From Takakia lepidozioides (lineage: Eukaryota > Plantae > Bryophyta), in assembly GCA_030704615.1 (NCBI GenBank), contig CM060734.1, positions 44,330,001-44,394,000 on the forward strand: a stretch of DNA of 64,000 nt, written 5' to 3'. Of the stretch, positions 57,201-64,000 are shown piece by piece. Each line of letters begins with the position of its first letter. Positions within the stretch are counted from its first letter, which is position 1. The position numbers and the translations under genes are program-made. The notes below the pieces were generated by a model, which saw only the letters and a list, made by a program, of their open reading frames with translations, was not told the DNA's origin and made no database searches.

Positions 57201-60200
57201 GCCCTGGTCACAAAATGATTGCAACAGAGCAACAAGCATTGTGATTGGTCAATTATGAACGAGAAACCTATTTCACTTTAGGCTGCTTATAGACATCTGA
57301 GATACTACCACAGGCTTTTTCCAGGTGGGCCTAATGGCAACAGCAATACACTCAATGAATCTGAATCATCGAAGTGGATTCAAAGCATATGGTAGGGTCA
57401 ATGTTTCTGTTTGGAAGTATTGACAGACTTGTCAGTGGTACATTTGCAACTCACTTCATCGTAGACCCTCTGCAGAGCCTGTCATGATAAAGTGGTTCAT
57501 GTATACTTCAACAAAATTGTGCTGGGAACGCTTTTCAGTATTCTCCTACCAGACCTGGAAATCAACATTGCTTAAGTAGTGAAAGCTTAGTGCTCATTCA
57601 TACAGCACCAGCCCTATAGTCATCAAAAGTTGTTTGCTTCTCAACACATCATCCAACTCAAGGAGTAACCTGCCACACCTGGCATCCAAGCTAAACGATG
57701 TGTAAAAGATCGAGTAACTCACACAACTATATGCTCGCTCAAAAACCTTGCAGGAATGTAAGTACCCACCTGGCCCTGTGACCAAACTTGACAAGATACT
57801 AAATATCTTGTGGCTGGAAGAAAGGCTTGCACGGTCGTCATGAGACAGACGCTGGAGTGCGATGCATGCAAATCTTGCAAGCAAGGGGTCTTCTTTGGCA
57901 CGTCGGCCAAGCCCAATATCCATCACACTCTGCAAGTGGGAACTCAGAATCTGGGGTTGGGATTTGGCCGCCATACACAAAATAACAAGGGCCCCACGGC
58001 TTCTCTGGGGTGTTGCATCAGATGCATCGAATGTGAAGTAGTTCCAGAGAGCCGACACCTGCAAGAGAGCCATTGAGGTCTAAGAATGAGACAATGCCTC
58101 ATTCACTTTATTCATGACATGCATCTCCGTTTGACAACTCAAAGCCGAGAAATGAAATGGTACTTTCTAACATCCAAGGAGTTATGTCCGATCAGGAAAT
58201 GAAATGAAATGACATGGTGCTTTATAACGTCCGCAGAAAGCTCATAGAGCTTATGGGACAAAATGGAAGAAAACATGAGAGAGGAACAAATCCAGAACCC
58301 AAGAATAAGAACTAATGTTCTAGCGATTGTCTAAGGGTGAAGGCCTCGTGCAGGTAGGCTGCCAAGCATTTTTTATCCTCATAGTGGAAGACATCAGTGA
58401 GAGTTTGGGTTCCACTGAATAAACAGTGGAATCTCCCACGGATCTCGTAGTATAGAGGGCAGTAGAAGAAGAAGTGTTCTTCAGTTTCAATTTCCTGGCT
58501 GCGCCCTATGCAAGCTAGCAATGATTATCCTAATTCCAAGGTCCATTGGTTACAAAAACACAGAAAGTAGAGAGCTATGATTAGAACAAGTCTCATAGAA
58601 ACCTATAGTTACACTTTGAGGGTGAGAGAGAAGTACTGTGTCCAAGGAGAGGTTCCCCTTGTCTGTGAACTTGCTCACAAGTGCTTCAATGGAGGTAAGG
58701 TCCCCGATGCTGGCATCCAAAGTCAGGTTTAAAAGGGTCAATGCAGTCTCTGATGCGCTTTGCCTCAGGTATATAGTGATGAAGGCTCCCTCAACTGCCT
58801 CAAATACACTTTTTTCTTGTGAGAATACCTGCAATAATCCAAGGAAAAGAACTGATCGTTACAGGAATTTGACTTGGGGTGTATTTGACTAGGTTGTGTA
58901 TGGGGGGTCAACTATGCCAAGGGAAGTTGCAAACTTACAAGAGAAAGTTTAAAACATCCACAGGCTCCCCAGACTTAAATGTAATTGAAGGGACAAAGTA
59001 GAACAACATTAAACTACATCATCAGACTGTAAACATTGACAAAGTGACTCAAGGTAAGCTACCGAGAACTTCTGGTCCTTCAAGCTGAAGCCTTCAGCCA
59101 CATACAGAAAATGTAATGGTTCTTTGTAATGTCTGCAAAAATCTCAAAGAGCTAATGGGAAAAAGTAGCCCATGAGGCAAGGACCGAAGAAAACACGAAT
59201 ACCACATTATAAGACACCAAGAAGTGTCCCATGCAGGTAAGCTGCCAAGAAAGTCATCTTATGATGTCCCAGGCTTATGGCAAAGCAGGATACAAGAAAA
59301 ATGTTGACCTCTCATCAAGCAGCCAAAAACATTCATTGAACTTCTATTGAAGAGCCTTGTGTAAACTGCCAGGTATTTCTGGCCCACATAATGAAAAACT
59401 TCAGTGGGGGAATAGATGTCCCCGAATAGACCACACTGGATCTCATGTGGAAATGAAATGAACTGATACTTTAGAACATCCACGGAAAGCTCAAAGAGCT
59501 TATGGAGCGAGAAAGCATGAAACAAGCATGACAGAGGAACCCTCCACAAGCAGCCCAAAAACACCTATTGTTCAAGCGATTGCCGAGGAGTCAATGCTCA
59601 TGCAGACATGCTACTAAGCATTTCCGATCCTTGTAATGGAAAACTTCTTTCAGCGACTAGGTGCCTCAGAATAGACAATAGAATCTCCCACAGATCTCAT
59701 GGTAGAGAGGACAGTGAAAGACATCTTGCTTGCATCTCTCAGAGACTATTGGCTGTTGATTCATTCAAGATAAGCTTAATTCCCACCTACCAGTCTCTAT
59801 CCGCAGAAGGCCACTCTAAACCTCTCCAATGCCCTCAGAAGAGAGGGAAATGAAATAGTACTTTATAACGCCCGCAGAAAGCTCAAAGGGCTTATGGGAC
59901 AAAATGGAAAAAACAAGAGAGGGAGGTAGAGCTGAAGACAGGTAATTTGGCTGCACAATTCTATCATCATGGAGGATGTCTCCTGACAGAAAGAATTTTA
60001 GTTGTCCAAGGGGAACAAGTAAATAACAGAATGACAGAAAAACCAAACATTACAACCACAGAACCTAAATAGCCACCATTTGGATCCTCTGTCAAGGACA
60101 GAAGAGAAGATTGGAGGATAATAAAGATAACATCAATCACCAGTGGCAGCATCTTTCGAAGGCAAGCTTCAGCACCGTCAACTTCGAACTGGCGAGCAAG

Positions 60201-63200
60201 GATCAACAGCTGGATTGTGTGCTTCACATCATCTGGGGATGATGAAGCCAGCAGTTGTCTTAACACATCCAAGGTCCCTGCAATACACCTTGCAAATTGC
60301 AGCCCAGCCTCCAATGAGGCCACAAGAGCTCGGGTTTGCTCCAGTCCCCCTAAATCCGCTGCAAAGAGGCCATTTGGGATAGTGTCTGGTTGTACCTGCA
60401 ATGAGGAAGTCACTGCGACTTGATTGTGGATGTGACGTTCAAGCAGAAACAGTGTTCTGTCAAACCCTTCCAATGATCATACACATCTGTTTAAGGAATG
60501 CTTACTCAGTATATCAGCGTAGAAAATGCACCCAATCAAATGGTACCAAGTTATGTGACAAAAGGTCTAGTCTCAAATCTCAGCACCAGCAGTTAGTTGT
60601 CAAACCTGAGAGGGACCGCTGTCATCATACTGTGTACCCATATCCTCCAGGATATTTGCATTCACATCTCCATTCTCAAGATCAACACTGGTATTCCCTG
60701 TTCTTCCATCACTCATGTCACTGTCATGTCCTTCATCCAACTGAGATACGCCCTCTCTATTGAGAGAGGCATTTGCCAACTCCATCCCTTGCAACTTCAC
60801 CTTGTATTGTTCAAGTGTGGCATCAAACGGCGCTGCCCGGAGACTGGGACCAAATGGATTGTAGTGAAGTAGTGTGGTAAGCAATTGAAGAGCACTCTTT
60901 CTCACTAAGCTTGCTTTGTCTTCAAGCCTACCAGCTCCAATTTTGGCAACAAGGTTCCAAAGCCCAATGGAAACAGCACTCTCCTGACATAGGCTTGCCC
61001 ATGTTTGAAGAACTTTGCTACGAGTATAGTGACTCTTATCCCTTACACGCTCTAGTAGAAGATCCAGCATACCCTGTTGCGCGAAATCAAATCAATGAGT
61101 GTCAGTCATTCCGGGCACATTTGGAAACTGTTATACAATTCCTGTCACACCTAGCAGCACTCAATCTCCTGCAACAAAATGCATATACACAAGACTACAT
61201 TCCAGATACATGTCTGGCAGACTCAGGTAAGCTTTAATTAAAGATCCATTCACTTCTTGGTCGAGATCTTTAATTGATGATATTGCGAGAAGGAAGACAG
61301 AAAGAAAAGAAAAGAAAAGAAATGGAACTTCATAACGTCCACAAGGGGACTAAATGGAGCATAAAACTCCGGAAGAGTTTCCTCACCTGCTTGCTGCGCA
61401 GCCGTGCCATTTGATCACCAATAGCATTCTCAATGGAAGGTTCTTCACTATATTTTGTGATAAGCTTACCAATCACTTGCACAAGGGCATTCCTCATTTT
61501 ATGAGCCTTGCCATCCAGGTGTGGAATAATGACACTCAGATTCACAGCCATGAGCTTTGGCTGGCGGTCAGCCATAGCAACAAGGAAGTCACCTACATTC
61601 TCTGCACCTGAACCGTCATGAGCAAAATCCTCTGGGTTGATATGCCCGATTTCCTGTAGAACAGCCACAGCCAGGCTGCCACAATGATACTTCTCCTCAG
61701 CCAGGGCCACCAGATCCGCGAGGTGTACAGACAGGTGATCGTACTGGTGTAGTAGATTCACAATTGCTGATGTGACTGGCACTACGTATTTGTATTTTGC
61801 AGCACATGCAGCCACAATGTTGCAGAGAGCTTCTTTGAGCTCCTTCTGTTTCAAATGGGAGGGGTTCTCCAGCAGTGATAATGCGACCCTGGCATTAACA
61901 GCATATCCTTCCATCAGTACACCGTTGGAAATAGGATACAATGTCATTATCAACTGACATGAAAATGCCTTACCATGTGGTTGACTTTCAGTTGTACAGC
62001 ACTAGACACTGCTGTCACAACCATGGAATATCTCCAATTCAAGTGATGCATGCATGTGTCTAATGGGAGGCATTGTTCGCCTCTCCTTGCATGTTTCCTC
62101 ACGCCCCAAGATAGAGCTCAGTTACTGGGTGTTTTGAACCTATTAGCATATGTACACACCCACCCAAGGAAAATACCCAGCCCCAACGACTGCCTGCATC
62201 CCCATTCCACCCCCACTGTCCACCGTAAAGCATGTCGATGGATAGAACCAGACCAACAGAGAGAACAACCACTTCAGAGAGATGAGGAAGCAAGTATTTA
62301 CAGACTTCACAAATAGATAGGTCAAATGATCTTGCATTAAACAGGCAACAGTAGAACCCTGCTCTACTCTGGATTCAGTGAGAAACAGATACTTCAGGTG
62401 GTGGACCGACTGCCACTATAATACTTACATTGACAATCCTGCCATCCAAGAGCGTAACATCTCTGGTCCTTTCTGTTCTATAAATTCTTTTTTTCCATCA
62501 TGATTTCATTCTTTTCTTCTTTTGGGTTCTGGATTTGTTCCTCTCTCATGTTTTCTTCCATTTTGTCCCATAAGCTCTATGAGCTTTCCGCGGACGTTAT
62601 AAAGCACCATTTCATTTCATTTCCCATAAGCTTTTTGAGCTTTCTGCGGACGCTATAAAGAACCATTTCATTTCTTTCCTTTTTTTCCAAGAAAGGTTAG
62701 TTACATGACTCACATAGCAAAGAAGGCAACCAGACCATCTTCTGGCTGAGACATTGAATATAGTCGTTGAAGGTCGACTTGCAATGCAGTGGCAAGTAGA
62801 CCAACAATGCGGGTCTTATGAATATCCCAGTTCCACTCTGTAGCCACATGCTTCTTCCGCGACTGCTTCTGCATACATACCATAGTCACCACCTTTCAGG
62901 GTTTAAATGTCATAATAATCTAATGACTTCTCAAACTAGTTTCTGAACTTCCTCATTCCAGCATGAATTTTTCAGGTTGGTGGTTGTAGATAAGCATAGT
63001 AGCCCAACTGAATTGCTTATTGTTCAGTGATTTTGGGATTGTAGAAGAGTATTCTCAAGTATGTTATCACAACAACTTGAGGATCAATTCTTTATTTCGA
63101 AGATTTGACAGTCACCGATCCCGTCTTATTTTGCACTTTCAGAATGTGAATTTCGTGGCTCAAAGTATTTACTGTGGCTGGAGGTAATATGACATCCACT

Positions 63201-64000
63201 TACCCACCTTCCCACTGTGGGCTTTCTCCGCTGGGCCTCGTCCTCCGGTCTCCTCCAAAACAAGAAGTGAGTGCAAGAGGTAGGCATAGATTTTGAGTGC
63301 GTTTCGATGTGACTGGACTTGCTCCCACATGTACATGGCATCCTCATGGGAGTCCCCAGCAGTGAAGGAGAGTGCCAAAATGGAGGGATTGAGCACTGCA
63401 AAATTGGAGCAGAGGCTTTCAATGAAGATGCCTTTTGCGGTTGGTCCTAATGAAGCAAAACCCCTGTCATTCAGCCAACAGCAACTAGCATCAGATACTC
63501 TGGAGTGTACAATTACAAGACACAAATGGACTTGTTGCCCTTTCCCATGTGAGAATTATTTGAGACAGTATGACGGCCAAGTCCCTAAAACTCTTGCAAA
63601 ACCAGTCCTGCAGTTACAACTCACGAGTCCGAATCCAACCATAAAACCCCAATAGCCTTGTCAACAGTCACTAACAGGTGATGGTGTGTTGATTTGACGA
63701 ATGAGATACAAACAAAGCGACCTGGGAGGGCGTCAGTAAGGTGGAGTAAAATACTGGCAGTGTGCAAAGAACTGAACAATTAAGCAAAGATAGTGGAAAA
63801 CCACACCTTACAAGAGAGTACACCTGGTCAAATATACTCTGCTCTTCAATGCACAACACCTCCTTCTCAGCTAATTCAAAGGCCACAACTGCATCCATCA
63901 CCAATAGCAAAGCATTTAGTGGCATAGAGTTGTCAAATGGAGTGTACAGTAAACCTCTTTCTGGGCTTGTCTTCATGTGGAGGTTCATCATCAAGAAAAG
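51205..64000 (-). CDS. CAP-D2: Condensin I complex subunit CAP-D2 (Cnd1/NCAPD2), multi-exon; 5' end lies outside the window
   Basis: Exons encode HRNALKIYAYLL, LLERVRDKSHYTRSKVLQTW, GRLEDKASLVRKSALQLL, VRSNCIIAMGDLAIRFPNLLEPWTEHMYERLSD, VLTHLILNDMVK, KGHISEM and NPIYNLLPDILSRLS. The acidic 3' exons and the stop position (~51205) are less certain. Confidence 0.93.
52700..52800 (+). mobile_element. 3'-end fragment of an intronic LINE
   Basis: ttccattttgtcccataagctctatgagctttctgcggacgttataaagca followed by an (ATTTC)n tail. Confidence 0.85.
54287..54945 (-). mobile_element. 5'-truncated non-LTR retrotransposon (RTEX/L2-group-like ORF2 C-terminus) in a CAP-D2 intron
   Basis: RFRVGSHNLRIETGRW..REDRLCPAC..IETEEHFFFYCPLYYEIR, then the 3' UTR and an (ATTTC)n tail (gaaatgaaatgaaat on the plus strand). 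Confidence 0.88.
56320..56770 (-). mobile_element. Diverged copy of the same LINE family
   Basis: QRDDHLCPACGGYYREIDSEEHFFFHCPLYYEIR plus two 3'-end motifs. Confidence 0.85.
58145..58520 (-). mobile_element. Copy of the same LINE family
   Basis: EIETEEHFFFYCPLYYEIRGRFHCLF plus the 3' UTR and an (ATTTC)n tail. Confidence 0.88.
59105..59990 (-). mobile_element. Cluster of nested, degenerate copies of the same LINE family
   Basis: 3'-end motifs at ~59110-59160, ~59450-59510 and ~59849-59914. ORF remnants EVFHY, RIETGRW-like sequence and DDRIVQPNYLS. Confidence 0.8.
62505..62675 (+). mobile_element. LINE 3'-end fragment(s) with a tandemly repeated terminal stem-loop and tail
   Basis: cccataagctctatgagctttccgcggacgttataaagcaccatttcatttcatttc is followed directly by a second cccataagctttttgagctttctgcggacg...catttcatttc. 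Confidence 0.85.

Overview
This is eukaryotic nuclear DNA from a non-seed land plant (bryophyte-, lycophyte- or fern-like): GT-AG introns, an LRR receptor kinase, a PLS-DYW PPR gene and bryophyte-type retroelements. It is not prokaryotic and has no CRISPR array. Three genes look intact: an intronless PLP-dependent cysteine-desulfurase-family gene of the VC1184/class V aminotransferase type (~1.2-2.8 kb), the kinetochore gene KNL2 (44.1-48.3 kb, +), and condensin I subunit CAP-D2 (minus strand, ~51.2 kb to beyond the window end). The 3-43 kb interval is mostly TEs and pseudogenes: MITEs, a Mutator-like element with arrays of 28-30 bp palindromes, an LRR-RLK pseudogene, Ty3/gypsy and Ty1/copia remnants, and a PPR-DYW pseudogene. 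Main findings: (1) RLK exons 1-2 are inverted relative to exon 3 onward, with two transposon ends in the same orientation sitting on an inverted 9-bp target-site duplication; (2) the PPR-DYW pseudogene has two N-terminal OSB-type PDF ssDNA-binding motifs; (3) the palindrome arrays show a compensatory substitution and a 288-bp higher-order repeat; (4) an RTEX-like LINE with (ATTTC)n tails is piled up, sometimes nested, only in CAP-D2 introns; (5) an 'empty' duplicate of the cysteine-desulfurase locus. All calls come from reading the sequence; no searches were run.
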